The position numbers were made by a program, and so were the translations under genes. This document shows, piece after piece, positions 39,340 to 49,346 of a stretch of 64,000 bases of DNA. Numbering within the stretch: the stretch's first letter is position 1; each line of letters begins with the position of its first letter. The notes below the pieces were generated by a model. The model had not been told where the DNA came from, ran no database searches, and worked only from the letters and a program-made list of their open reading frames with translations. The DNA lies in assembly GCA_000802045.1 (NCBI GenBank), contig JUEF01000126.1, forward strand, positions 8,607 through 72,606. Direction: 5' to 3'. The DNA is from Peptococcaceae bacterium BICA1-8 (GTDB taxonomy: Bacteria > Bacillota > Peptococcia > Peptococcales > BICA1-8).

Positions 39340-40628
39340 TGGTTGGAATAATGTCGGTAGCAATATTTTTAGTGCTACTTGTACTTGGTGTACCCATATC
39401 TTTTGTAATAGGGATTGTTGCTTTTTTTGGAATTACTTTGCTTCCTGGCGTACCCGCAATTACTGTCGTTCAAAAAATGTTCAGCGGCCTTAATTCTTTC
39501 GTATTACTTGCTGTCCCCTTATTTATATTGGCTGCTAATTTGATGAACTCAGGCAAAATAACAGATAAGCTAATTGATTTTTCTACTGCTATGGTAGGTC
39601 ATATACGAGGTGGCTTAGCCCATTCTAATGTTGTTGTATCGATGTTTTTCGCAGGCATTTCCGGATCTTCACAGGCAGATACTGCCGGAATAGGTAGTGT
39701 ATTAATACCAAGCATGGTTAAAGAAGGTTATAGTAAAGAAACGGCTCTAGCAGTAACTGCGGCTTCTTCAACAATTGGTGTTATTATCCCACCAAGCATT
39801 CCAATGGTCATTTATGGGAGTCTAGCTGGTGCCTCAGTTGGTGCACTTTTCTTAGCAGGCTTTATACCAGGGATATTAATTGGATTAGGGCAGATGCTTT
39901 TAATCTATTATTATTCAATAAAGTATGGCTATCCTAAATATGAGCGAGTACCTTTAGGAGTTCTCTTAAAGAAGTTCATAGAAAACATTCCACCTTTAAT
40001 GACACCGGCAATAATACTCGGTGGTATTGTGGGAGGTATTGTTACACCTACTGAAGCTGCTGCATTAGCTTGTGTCTATGCATTTATTATTAGTATGTTT
40101 ATTTATAGAAGCATTAAGTGGAGTGAATTACCGGATATATTGATAGAGACTTTAAAGTTAAGTTCGATGTCTTTATTTGCACTATCAACAGCTAGTGCCT
40201 TAGGTGAATTGTTAAGTTACTATCAGGTCTCACAATCTATTTCACAGGTGTTTGCTACCCAATTACCTTATGCACCAGCTTTTATGCTAGCTGTTATTCT
40301 CCTATTCCTCTTTTTAGGCACATTTATGGATGCAATTCCGGCTATGATTTTATTTGTCCCGGTTATATTGCCAGCAGCTGAAAATTTAGGAATTAGTGAC
40401 ATACATTTAGGTTTAGTTATTATTGTATGCTTAGCCATTGGTTTAATAACTCCGCCATATGGACTTTGTTTACTATTAGCTTCTTCAATCGCTGAAGTAC
40501 CTGTGGTACGTGCTTTTAAGACTGTATTTCCCTACATTATAGTTATTTTATTAGTATTAATTTTCATCGCCTTATTCCCTCAAGCAGTTTTTTGGTTACC
40601 CAAAATGATAAAACCAGAATGGTTTTAA
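39339..40628 (+). CDS. dctM: TRAP large permease
   Basis: LLAVPLFIL, GISGSSQAD, IIPPSIP, TPTEA, ITPPYG. Confidence 0.93.
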   Translation: MVGIMSVAIFLVLLVLGVPISFVIGIVAFFGITLLPGVPAITVVQKMFSGLNSFVLLAVPLFILAANLMNSGKITDKLIDFSTAMVGHIRGGLAHSNVVVSMFFAGISGSSQADTAGIGSVLIPSMVKEGYSKETALAVTAASSTIGVIIPPSIPMVIYGSLAGASVGALFLAGFIPGILIGLGQMLLIYYYSIKYGYPKYERVPLGVLLKKFIENIPPLMTPAIILGGIVGGIVTPTEAAALACVYAFIISMFIYRSIKWSELPDILIETLKLSSMSLFALSTASALGELLSYYQVSQSISQVFATQLPYAPAFMLAVILLFLFLGTFMDAIPAMILFVPVILPAAENLGISDIHLGLVIIVCLAIGLITPPYGLCLLLASSIAEVPVVRAFKTVFPYIIVILLVLIFIALFPQAVFWLPKMIKPEWF

Positions 40629-40689
40629 TAAAATGAAGTTTTTTAAAAATTAAACAGAGAATAAGGCATATTTATTGAGGTGTTAAAAA

Positions 40690-41463
40690 ATGTATGAACA
40701 TATAAAAGTGATTAATAATAATCATGGTTTAGCTTGGATATTTTTAGATCGCCCTCAAATTTACAATGCTTTTAATGATGAAATGATGGACGAAATATCC
40801 TCTGCTTTAAAGTATTTGGAAAATAATACTGAGGTGAAGGTATTAGCTATAACAGGAAATGGCAAGGCATTTGCCTCAGGTGCCGATATCGAAAGCCTAC
40901 AAAAAATGACTCAATTTGATGCCCTTTTTCCTAAAATGCAGGACTTATATAACCAAATTTATAAATTTACCAAGCCAACCATAGCCGCAGTCAATGGTTA
41001 TGCTCTTGGAGGCGGCCTAGAATTAGCAATCGCATGTGATATAAGAGTATGTAGTACTAATTCAAAATTTAGTTTGCCTGAGTGCAAATTGGGTGTTATA
41101 CCAGGGGCAGGAGGAACACAACGGTTAGTTAAAATATTAGGGGAAGCAAAGGTAAAGGAACTAGTGTTTTTAGGTAGAGTCATCATTGCAGAAGAGGCAT
41201 TGAGGCTAGGTTTAGTTACAGATGTTGTTGAGTTAGAAAGACTTGAGGAGAAGGTGCAGGAACTTTTTGAAGTTATTATACAAAGAGGACCTTTGGCCCT
41301 AAGGTTGGCAAAAACAGCTATTAATTTAAGCGATGACATAAGCTTGGAAGTAGGTTTAATGATAGAAAATTTATCTCAAGCTTATTTATTTGGAACAGAA
41401 GATAAAAAGGAAGGCGTAAATGCTTATCTAGAAAAACGCAAACCAAACTTCCAAGGAAAATAG
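40690..41463 (+). CDS. Enoyl-CoA hydratase (crotonase family)
   Basis: FASGADI, GYALGGGLEL, LPE..LGVIPGAGGTQRL. Confidence 0.92.
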   Translation: MYEHIKVINNNHGLAWIFLDRPQIYNAFNDEMMDEISSALKYLENNTEVKVLAITGNGKAFASGADIESLQKMTQFDALFPKMQDLYNQIYKFTKPTIAAVNGYALGGGLELAIACDIRVCSTNSKFSLPECKLGVIPGAGGTQRLVKILGEAKVKELVFLGRVIIAEEALRLGLVTDVVELERLEEKVQELFEVIIQRGPLALRLAKTAINLSDDISLEVGLMIENLSQAYLFGTEDKKEGVNAYLEKRKPNFQGK

Positions 41464-41505
41464 TTTTTAATACTGAGTATATTGCTTTAAAAGGAGGAGA
41501 TATGT

Positions 41506-42273
41506 ATGCATAAGTTTGATCTAAAGGGCAAGAATGTTTTAGTCACAGGAGGTGGTACAGGAATAGGTAGAGCAATAGCAATTGAGTTTGCTAAGCTTGG
41601 TGCACAAATTGTTGTTAATTATAATTCCAGTAAAGAGGCCGCTGAAGAGGTGGTTGATGAGGTAGAAAAGCTAAGCTCTATAGCTATAGCTGTACAAGCA
41701 GATGTTACTAAGGAAGACCAAGTTATGAAACTTGTTAAGGAGGCAGAGGTATTTGGTCAAGGGAAAATTGATATATTAGTTAATAATGCAGGTACATTAG
41801 TAGAACGATGTAAGCTTGATGAAATGGAACTTAGTCTATGGCAAAAAGTAATGGATGTTAATTTAACTTCTACTTTTTTAGTTAGTAAACACGTTATCCC
41901 CGTTATGAAGCGTCAAAACCAAGGGAAAATAATCAATTTGGGATCATTAGCAGCCCATGATGGTGGAGGGGCGAGTGCAATCCCTTACGCAGCTTCTAAA
42001 GCAGCAACACAAGCGTTTACTAAAGGCTTAGCTAAAGAGTTGGCTCCATACAATATTTTAGTTAATTGTTTATCTCCTGGCTTAATAACTACTCGTTTCC
42101 ATGACCAATATAATACCATGGAAAACAGGGTCAAAACCTGTGGAAATATACCACTTAAGAGAGAAGGGTTACCCGAAGAGGTTGCAGGAGCAGCTGTTCT
42201 CTTTGCTACAGAATACGGTAGCTATATTACTGGGGAAACAATTGAAATTAATGGCGGTTTGTTAATGGTTTAA
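41506..42273 (+). CDS. Short-chain dehydrogenase/reductase
   Basis: TGGGTGIG, NNAG, YAASK. Confidence 0.92.
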   Translation: MHKFDLKGKNVLVTGGGTGIGRAIAIEFAKLGAQIVVNYNSSKEAAEEVVDEVEKLSSIAIAVQADVTKEDQVMKLVKEAEVFGQGKIDILVNNAGTLVERCKLDEMELSLWQKVMDVNLTSTFLVSKHVIPVMKRQNQGKIINLGSLAAHDGGGASAIPYAASKAATQAFTKGLAKELAPYNILVNCLSPGLITTRFHDQYNTMENRVKTCGNIPLKREGLPEEVAGAAVLFATEYGSYITGETIEINGGLLMV

Positions 42274-42277
42274 GCAG

Positions 42278-42314
42278 CTTAAGTAGTCCCAAATATTATT
42301 TGGGACTACTTAAG
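42278..42314. repeat. Perfect 18-bp inverted repeat
   Basis: CTTAAGTAGTCCCAAATA-t-TATTTGGGACTACTTAAG. Confidence 0.8.
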
Positions 42315-42323
42315 AACCACTTT

Positions 42324-42337
42324 TGAAATCGATTGCA
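42324..42337. promoter_or_regulatory. LacI-family operator (autoregulatory)
   Basis: TGAAATCGATTGCA directly upstream of the lacI-like gene. Confidence 0.65.
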
Positions 42338-42358
42338 AAAAAAGAAAGCGAGAATATA

Positions 42359-43357
42359 ATGGTAACATTAAGAGATGTGGCAAACAAATGTGGCGTTTCT
42401 ATTAGTACAGTATCGAGAACACTATCGAATCCCAAAAGTGTACGGGAAGATAAGCGAATTAAAGTATTACAAACGGTTAATGAATTAAATTATCAAACTA
42501 ATGATATCGCAAAAAGCCTTCGAAAGGGAAAAACAAATACTATTGCCTTAATTATTCCAAATATCATTTTACCCGTTTTCCCGGTGGTAACTACCGGTGT
42601 CCAAGCATTCGCCAAAGAGCATGGTTTTACTGTTATTTTATCGAATACTGATGATGATGCAGAACAGCAAAAAGAAATTATTGAGAAGCTCCGAAAGAGA
42701 ATGGTTGACGGTTTTATTATAATTCCTGCAGAAAATTCGGGAACTCATTTAAAACAGCTAAAGAAGCAAAATGTCCCGATTGTTCAGGTGTTACGAAGAA
42801 TGGACCCATCAATTGACGCAGTTATAGTTGATAACTTTAAAGGTGGTTATAATGCTACGCAATATTTGATAGATAAAGGACATAAAGAAATTGCCCTCCT
42901 AAATGGAGCAAAGATGTATTTTTATAAAGGTCGCTTTGAAGGATATTTACAAGCATTAAAAGATAATAATCTTTTAATCAATAATCCATTAATAAAGCAT
43001 GATGCTAATGGTGTTGATGGTGGTTATCACAAAATGCAGCAGCTATTGCGAGAAGGATATCATTTTACTGCAGTTTTCGCTACCAGTGACTTATGTGCAA
43101 TTGGAGCTATCAAGGCGATTACTCAAGCAGGCTTAAGGGTACCAGAGGATATATCAATTTTGGGGTTTGACAATCTTGATATTGGTTCCATGTTTATTCC
43201 AGGATTAACTACCATTGCTCATCCTGCTTTAGAAATGGGATATTCGGCTTCTCAAAGGCTTATTAAGATAATTCAAGAAGGAAGAATTTTAGAGCCTGAG
43301 ACAATAGTAATGAAAACAAAAATTTTGGAGCGGGAGACTGTTGCCAATAAAATATGA
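42359..43357 (+). CDS. LacI-family regulator
   Basis: TLRDVA..CGVSISTVSR; VPEDISILGFD. Confidence 0.95.
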   Translation: MVTLRDVANKCGVSISTVSRTLSNPKSVREDKRIKVLQTVNELNYQTNDIAKSLRKGKTNTIALIIPNIILPVFPVVTTGVQAFAKEHGFTVILSNTDDDAEQQKEIIEKLRKRMVDGFIIIPAENSGTHLKQLKKQNVPIVQVLRRMDPSIDAVIVDNFKGGYNATQYLIDKGHKEIALLNGAKMYFYKGRFEGYLQALKDNNLLINNPLIKHDANGVDGGYHKMQQLLREGYHFTAVFATSDLCAIGAIKAITQAGLRVPEDISILGFDNLDIGSMFIPGLTTIAHPALEMGYSASQRLIKIIQEGRILEPETIVMKTKILERETVANKI

Positions 43358-43378
43358 CTTAAAGGGAGGTAATTTGAA

Positions 43379-44521
43379 ATGGATTTTTCTCTAAATGAAA
43401 GCCAACAAATGATTAAAGATATGGTGAGGGATTTTGCTAGAAATGAAGTTGCACCTTTAACTTCAGATTTAGATAAGACAGGGGATTTCCCTTGGGCTAA
43501 TTATCGTAAGGCTGCGGAGCTGGGGATTATGGGAATGTCATTACCAGAGGAAATTGGTGGTGTTGGTGCGGATATGGTTAGTTATGCTATTGCCATTGAG
43601 GAATTAGCATGGGCAAGTGCTTCCTTGGCAGATAGCTGTATGCTGGTTGATATGCTGGTACATCTTTTAAATAAGCATGGTAATGACATGATAAAGGATA
43701 AATATATTGAACCTTTGATAAGCGGTGACAGTATGGGTTGTTTTGCAGTAACTGAACCTGAAGCCGGCAGTGATTTAGCTAATATACAAACAGTAGCTGT
43801 TAAAGCCGGCAGCCACTGGGTATTAAACGGGTCTAAAATATTTATTAATAATGCTCCCATAGCTGATATGGCTATAGTATTTGCAGTAACAGATAAAGAA
43901 AAGGGCAGTAGTGGTGGAATGACGGCATTCATAGTAGAAAAGGATATGCCTGGATTTATAAGGGGTAAAGCTGAAGATTTAATGGGACAGAGGTCTTTAA
44001 AAATTGGACAGCTATTTTTTGAAGATGTTAAGGTACCGGAGGAAAATATCCTTGGCAATATTGGTGAAGGATTTAAGATGGCAATGAGTGTTTTAGATAG
44101 CGGTAGGATTGAAATAGCTGCTTTAGCTTTAGGAATTGCTCAGGCTGCATTAGATGAATCTTTGAAGTACTCAAAGGAAAGAAAACAATTTGGAAGGCCT
44201 ATTGCGAAGTTTCAGGCAACTCAATGGAAACTGGCTAATATGGCTACCGAAATTGATGCGGCAAGGCTTTTAATCCATAGAGCAGCTTATTTAAAAGACC
44301 AAGGCAAAAATTATTCAAAAGAAGCAGCTATGGCCAAGCTTTTTACTTCTGATATAGCAGTAAAAGCAGTAAATGAGGCAGTGCAGATACACGGAGGTTA
44401 TGGGTATACCAAGGAATATGTTGTTGAAAGACTTTATCGGGATGCTAAAGTTACACAAATTTATGAAGGTACAAATGAGATACAACGGTTAGTTATTTCG
44501 AGAATTCTGCTTAAAGACTAA
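43379..44521 (+). CDS. Acyl-CoA dehydrogenase
   Basis: TEPEAGSD, NGSKIFI, RKQFGRPI, QIHGGYGY, IYEGTNEIQR. Confidence 0.95.
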   Translation: MDFSLNESQQMIKDMVRDFARNEVAPLTSDLDKTGDFPWANYRKAAELGIMGMSLPEEIGGVGADMVSYAIAIEELAWASASLADSCMLVDMLVHLLNKHGNDMIKDKYIEPLISGDSMGCFAVTEPEAGSDLANIQTVAVKAGSHWVLNGSKIFINNAPIADMAIVFAVTDKEKGSSGGMTAFIVEKDMPGFIRGKAEDLMGQRSLKIGQLFFEDVKVPEENILGNIGEGFKMAMSVLDSGRIEIAALALGIAQAALDESLKYSKERKQFGRPIAKFQATQWKLANMATEIDAARLLIHRAAYLKDQGKNYSKEAAMAKLFTSDIAVKAVNEAVQIHGGYGYTKEYVVERLYRDAKVTQIYEGTNEIQRLVISRILLKD

Positions 44522-44535
44522 GAGGAGGTAAGAAA

Positions 44536-46092
44536 ATGGCACCAAAATTTTTAAGCGCGGTTGATGCAGTTAAACTAGTAAAGGATGAAGATCTAGTTAT
44601 CTTAGAAGGTGCAGGAGGAGGATCATTAGAGGCAGGTGATTTAATTTCAGCCCTCGCCAAAAGGTATGAAAAGACAGGAGAACCTAAAAATTTAACATTA
44701 GTTCATGTGTCGGGTTTGGGTAATAACCATGAACTGGGCTTAAGTCAATTGGCTTTACCAGGCTTGGCTAAAAGGGTCATTGGTGGACATTGGGGAATGT
44801 CCCCTAAAATGTGTCAGATGGCTGCTGATGAAGAATTGGAAGCTTTTAACCTGCCACAAGGTGTATTATCGCAGTTAATGCGGGAAATTGCAGGGGGTAG
44901 ATTAGGGCTCATTACACATGTAGGAATGGGTACTTTTGTTGATCCTCGTATTGAAGGTGGAAAACTAAATCAAAAAGCAAAGGATTCCGATTTTGAGGTT
45001 GTTGAGTTGATAGATATAAAAGGTCAGCAACGCTTATTTTATCCTGTTTTTTCACCTAACATTGCTTTTATTAAAGGCTCAACTGCAGACACCAAGGGTA
45101 ATATTAGCTTTGAAAAAGAACCTACTTTTCTTGAGGCACTTTCTATGGCGCAAGCAACAAAAAATAAAGGCGGTAAGGTAGTTGTTCAGGTGCAAAGATT
45201 AGCAGAAGCGGGTAGCCTAAACCCTAAGCTTGTTAAGATACCTGGAAATCTTGTTGATGTTGTCGTAGTTGAGCCTGAACAGTGGCAGACTGTTGATCGT
45301 CAGTATAATCCTGGTTTATCAGGGGAAACCAGGTTACCTTTAAGCGAGATTAAGCCCTTAAGTTTAAATGAACGAAAGATAATTGCTAGGCGCGCGGCAA
45401 TGGAGGTAGAACCGGGAATTATTAATATTGGGATGGGTATACCTGATGGAATTGCTAATGTTGCTGCTGAAGAGGGTTTTCTTGATCGAATAACATTTTG
45501 TATCGAACATGGAATCTATGGCGGGGTACCAGCAGGAGGTGTACTCTTTGGGGTAACCTATAATCCGGAGGTAATGATTGATGCGCCTTACCAATTTGAT
45601 TTTTTTGATGGTGGTGGCTTAAATCTTGCTTGTTTAGGAATGGCTCAAGTAGATATGAGAGGTAATGTCAATGTAAGTAAAATAGGTAAAAAGGTTATTG
45701 GCACCGGCGGTTTTGTTAACATATCCCAAAATGCTAAGAAAATGGTATTCTGTGGAACTTTTACAGGTGGAGGCTTAGAAAATAGCATTTCAAATGGCGA
45801 ATTACAAATCACAAACGAAGGCAAATATCCTAAATTTGTGTATAGAGTCGACCAAATAACCTTTAGTGGTGAATATGCGTCCGCTAGCGATCAACAGGTG
45901 TTATATGTTACTGAAAGAGCAGTTTTCCAATTAACAACTCAGGGAGTAGAACTAATTGAGATTGCACCTGGTATAGATCTAATTAAAGATGTTTTAGAAA
46001 AACTACCTTTTAAACCATTAATCTCCGAGAATTTAAAACTTATGGATAAGCGAATATTTAGAGAAGAACCGATGGGATTAAAGATAGATTAA
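44536..46092 (+). CDS. Acyl-CoA:acetate CoA-transferase (Pct/YdiF type, fused subunits)
   Basis: LPQG, GTFVDPR, NIGMGIPD, EHG, GNVNVSK, GGFVNISQ, YVTERAVF. Confidence 0.9.
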   Translation: MAPKFLSAVDAVKLVKDEDLVILEGAGGGSLEAGDLISALAKRYEKTGEPKNLTLVHVSGLGNNHELGLSQLALPGLAKRVIGGHWGMSPKMCQMAADEELEAFNLPQGVLSQLMREIAGGRLGLITHVGMGTFVDPRIEGGKLNQKAKDSDFEVVELIDIKGQQRLFYPVFSPNIAFIKGSTADTKGNISFEKEPTFLEALSMAQATKNKGGKVVVQVQRLAEAGSLNPKLVKIPGNLVDVVVVEPEQWQTVDRQYNPGLSGETRLPLSEIKPLSLNERKIIARRAAMEVEPGIINIGMGIPDGIANVAAEEGFLDRITFCIEHGIYGGVPAGGVLFGVTYNPEVMIDAPYQFDFFDGGGLNLACLGMAQVDMRGNVNVSKIGKKVIGTGGFVNISQNAKKMVFCGTFTGGGLENSISNGELQITNEGKYPKFVYRVDQITFSGEYASASDQQVLYVTERAVFQLTTQGVELIEIAPGIDLIKDVLEKLPFKPLISENLKLMDKRIFREEPMGLKID

Positions 46093-46110
46093 TTAAATGG
46101 AGTGGTTTTT

Positions 46111-47106
46111 TTGAAAGCATTAGTTTTAGAGGCAAAATTTAAAGCTGTTATAAATGAAAATTTCCCTATGCCGGAGATAGGCGATAATGAGGTATTAGTA
46201 AAAATAAAAGCAGTTGGAGTATGTGGCACGGATTTTAAATTATATAGAGGAGAATATGGGGATGGATATCCTCTTATTCCTGGCCATGAGTTTGCAGGTG
46301 TTATTGAAAAGGTAGGTAATAAAGTACCAGGTATAACAACTGGTGAAAAAGTTACAGCAGTTCCACCGGTACCATGTGGTCACTGTAGTTATTGCATAGA
46401 AGGTCAACATAACCATTGTATAAATAGGATGGCAATCGGAGTATTAAATGATGGAGCTTTTGCAGAGTATGTAAAAGTACCTGTTACAAATATTGTTTCT
46501 ATTAATGAGTTATCTTTTGCAAAGGCCACTTTTGTTGAACCTTTAGCTTGTGTAATAAGAGCAGTCGAAAGATCTAAAGTTAAGCTAGGGGAAAAGGTTT
46601 TGGTATTAGGGACTGGAACCACCGGCCAATTATTTGCACAGGTTTTTAGAAGTATGGGCTGTGAGGTTTATATGCTAGGTCGAAATGCTATCAAGCTAAA
46701 GGTGGCTGAGCAAGAAGGAGTAAATATTTTAAGTTCTAAAGAAAAGTCAGAAGCAGACATAATAAAAGTAAATATAGAACGAATAGATATTTTGGTTGAC
46801 GCTATTGGCCAGCCTCAATTAACCGAGAAGTTTATGCCTGTTTTAAGAAAGGGTGGCAGACTCGTAGTTTTTGGAGTAAGCCAAGGAACTTTACACCTGA
46901 ATTATTTTGATATCTATAGGAAAGAACTGCAGATTATTGGCAGTTTTGCCCAACAGGAAAAGTTTTCTCAAGCGATTATGTTATTAAAAAACAATGTAGT
47001 GAATGTAGATGCCTTAATTAGCCATCAAGGTAGTCTAGAGGATGTAAAAGAACTATTTGATAAAGGGAAGCCTGCTGATTTAATAAAATTTATCGCCTTT
47101 ATTTGA
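46111..47106 (+). CDS. Zn-dependent alcohol dehydrogenase (sorbitol/threonine DH-like)
   Basis: CGTD, GHE, CxxCxxC...C, EPLAC. Confidence 0.9.
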   Translation: MKALVLEAKFKAVINENFPMPEIGDNEVLVKIKAVGVCGTDFKLYRGEYGDGYPLIPGHEFAGVIEKVGNKVPGITTGEKVTAVPPVPCGHCSYCIEGQHNHCINRMAIGVLNDGAFAEYVKVPVTNIVSINELSFAKATFVEPLACVIRAVERSKVKLGEKVLVLGTGTTGQLFAQVFRSMGCEVYMLGRNAIKLKVAEQEGVNILSSKEKSEADIIKVNIERIDILVDAIGQPQLTEKFMPVLRKGGRLVVFGVSQGTLHLNYFDIYRKELQIIGSFAQQEKFSQAIMLLKNNVVNVDALISHQGSLEDVKELFDKGKPADLIKFIAFI

Positions 47107-47149
47107 TTAGTAATTTTGAATTCTTATAAAATTACGAGGAGTGTATTAT

Positions 47150-47596
47150 ATGAAGATTAAAACTATAGATGATGTATTCGTCAGTCAAAAGGAGGAATTT
47201 ACCAAGACTATAAGCGAGAGTGATGTATATTTGTTTGCTGGTCTTACTGCCGACTTTGCACCCCATCATATAAATGAAGAATTTGCTAAAACAACTGTAT
47301 TTGGGAGGAGATTAGTTCATGGAATGTTAACTGCTGCCTTACCTTCTGCTTGTACATCTAGAATTGTTTCTCCAGGAGCAGTTTCCCTAGGTCATGAATT
47401 TAAGTTTTTAAAGCCTGTTTATATTGGAGATACAATCACTGCCATAGCTGAAGTTATTGAAATAAATAAAGAAAAGAAAAGGGTTAACATAAGAACCTAT
47501 TGTCTCAACCAGAGTAATGAGTTGGTTTTAGATGGTACTACATTACAATACATGAAGGTTAAGGAGGATTTGCATGAAGGTACTAGTTCTTGTTAA
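47150..47596 (+). CDS. MaoC-like (R)-specific enoyl-CoA hydratase
   Basis: FAGLTADFAPHH, VHGML, FLKPVYIGDT. Confidence 0.88.
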   Translation: MKIKTIDDVFVSQKEEFTKTISESDVYLFAGLTADFAPHHINEEFAKTTVFGRRLVHGMLTAALPSACTSRIVSPGAVSLGHEFKFLKPVYIGDTITAIAEVIEINKEKKRVNIRTYCLNQSNELVLDGTTLQYMKVKEDLHEGTSSC

Positions 47597-48317
47597 AGAA
47601 ACTTTTGATACAGAGGTCAAAATTGTTTTGGAAAATGAAATAATTTCAGAAAAGGATGTTAAATACATTATAAATCCTTATGATGAATTTGCTATTGAAG
47701 AAGCAATAAAAATTAAAGAAAAATTAGGCGGAGAAGTAATTCTCTACTCGGTAGGAAGAGAAGAAGCTTCGGCGACTTTAAAGACTGGTTTGGCTATGGG
47801 AGCAGACCAAGCCAATATAATTAAATCGAATGTTAAAAATAGCATGACGGTCAGTCAGTTGTTAAGTGAGGCTATAAATAAACATGATAATGAATTTGAT
47901 TTAATTCTCGCGGGCTGGGTTAGTATAGATGATAATAATGCACAAGTACCAGGTCGATTAAGTCAATTATTAAATATACCTTTTGTAAACGTAGTGACTA
48001 AGGTAGATGTTACTGGTGAAATAGTCCTTTGTGAGCGGGAAGGAGAAGGATGTCAAGAAATAGTCGAAGTTAGAATACCTGCAATTATAGCGGTGCAAAG
48101 AGGTATTAATGAACCAAGATATCCTACAATGAAAAACATAATGCAGGCTAAAAGAAAGAATGTAAATCTATTGGAATTAACAGCTCCTATAGATAAGGTT
48201 AAGGTATCCTATCAGTTCCCCGAGCAAAAAAATAAAGGAGAAATTATAGATGGCTCTAACCCTGAGCAGGCAGCGAAGGTACTTGTAGATAGATTAAAGG
48301 AAAGCAAGATTCTATAA
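47574..48317 (+). CDS. etfB: Electron transfer flavoprotein beta subunit
   Basis: INPYDEFAIEEA, LAMGAD, INEPRY. Confidence 0.93.
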   Translation: MKVLVLVKETFDTEVKIVLENEIISEKDVKYIINPYDEFAIEEAIKIKEKLGGEVILYSVGREEASATLKTGLAMGADQANIIKSNVKNSMTVSQLLSEAINKHDNEFDLILAGWVSIDDNNAQVPGRLSQLLNIPFVNVVTKVDVTGEIVLCEREGEGCQEIVEVRIPAIIAVQRGINEPRYPTMKNIMQAKRKNVNLLELTAPIDKVKVSYQFPEQKNKGEIIDGSNPEQAAKVLVDRLKESKIL

Positions 48318-48333
48318 GAGAGGTGTAATAATT

Positions 48334-49323
48334 ATGATGCAAAATATTTTAATAGTTGTTGAAGAGAAAGATGGTTCTCTCAGAAAAGTTTGTGAAGAGA
48401 TGTTAAGTTTTTGCAGTCAATATTCTAATAAATTAGGATTTAAGGTCACTGCATTAACATATGGAAATTGTCTAAACCAAGAATTGTTTAACCAAATTGC
48501 AAGCTTTGGTGTAGGGAATATCTTAGTAATAGAAGATCATCAATTTGCAAGATATAATCCAGAGCTATTAATAAATATACTAAAAAACATCATTAATGAA
48601 TATAATCCTAATTTAATTCTATTTGGTAATACAGCAGTGGGCAAAGACTTAGCTCCCAGGTTGGCTCAAGCATTAAAAGTTCAGATGTTTAGTGATGTTA
48701 CAAAAATTGAGTTTGCTAATGACTCTATTAAGTTTACTAGGCCTATATATGGTGGTAAGGCTATTGAAACAGATGAATTAAATTTAGAAAATAAGCTAGT
48801 ACTTGCCACCGTTAGACCCAATAACTTGCCTAAATATGAAAATAACCCAGCAAAGCCTGGAATTAAGAAATTGAATGATAAAGTAATTGATAATTTAACC
48901 TATACAGTAAAAGAGGTTATTGAGAAACTAAAACTAACAAAGTCCATTAATGAAGCTGAAATAATTGTTAGTGGAGGCAGAGGATTAAAGAATGCAGAGA
49001 ATTTTGCTATATTAGAAGATCTGGCTAACACTTTAGGCGCGGCGGTAGGTGCTTCTAGAGCAGCAGTAGATGCAGGTTGGAAGTCTCATTCTGTCCAGGT
49101 AGGTCAAACAGGAAAGACAGTTTCTCCAAAGTTATACATAGCTTGCGGGATATCTGGTGCCATTCAGCATTTAGCAGGAATGTCAACTGCTAAATGTATC
49201 ATTGCAATTAATAAAGATCCTGATGCACCAATATTAAAGGTTGCAGATTTTGGTATAGTAGGTGACTTATTTGATATAGTCCCCTTATTAACTAAAGCAT
49301 TTAAGGCAGTTACAAAAGGCTAA
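48334..49323 (+). CDS. etfA: Electron transfer flavoprotein alpha subunit
   Basis: SGGRG, QVGQTGKTV, GISGAIQH, AINKD. Confidence 0.95.
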   Translation: MMQNILIVVEEKDGSLRKVCEEMLSFCSQYSNKLGFKVTALTYGNCLNQELFNQIASFGVGNILVIEDHQFARYNPELLINILKNIINEYNPNLILFGNTAVGKDLAPRLAQALKVQMFSDVTKIEFANDSIKFTRPIYGGKAIETDELNLENKLVLATVRPNNLPKYENNPAKPGIKKLNDKVIDNLTYTVKEVIEKLKLTKSINEAEIIVSGGRGLKNAENFAILEDLANTLGAAVGASRAAVDAGWKSHSVQVGQTGKTVSPKLYIACGISGAIQHLAGMSTAKCIIAINKDPDAPILKVADFGIVGDLFDIVPLLTKAFKAVTKG

Positions 49324-49346
49324 TTTACAAAAAAGGGGGTTATTAA

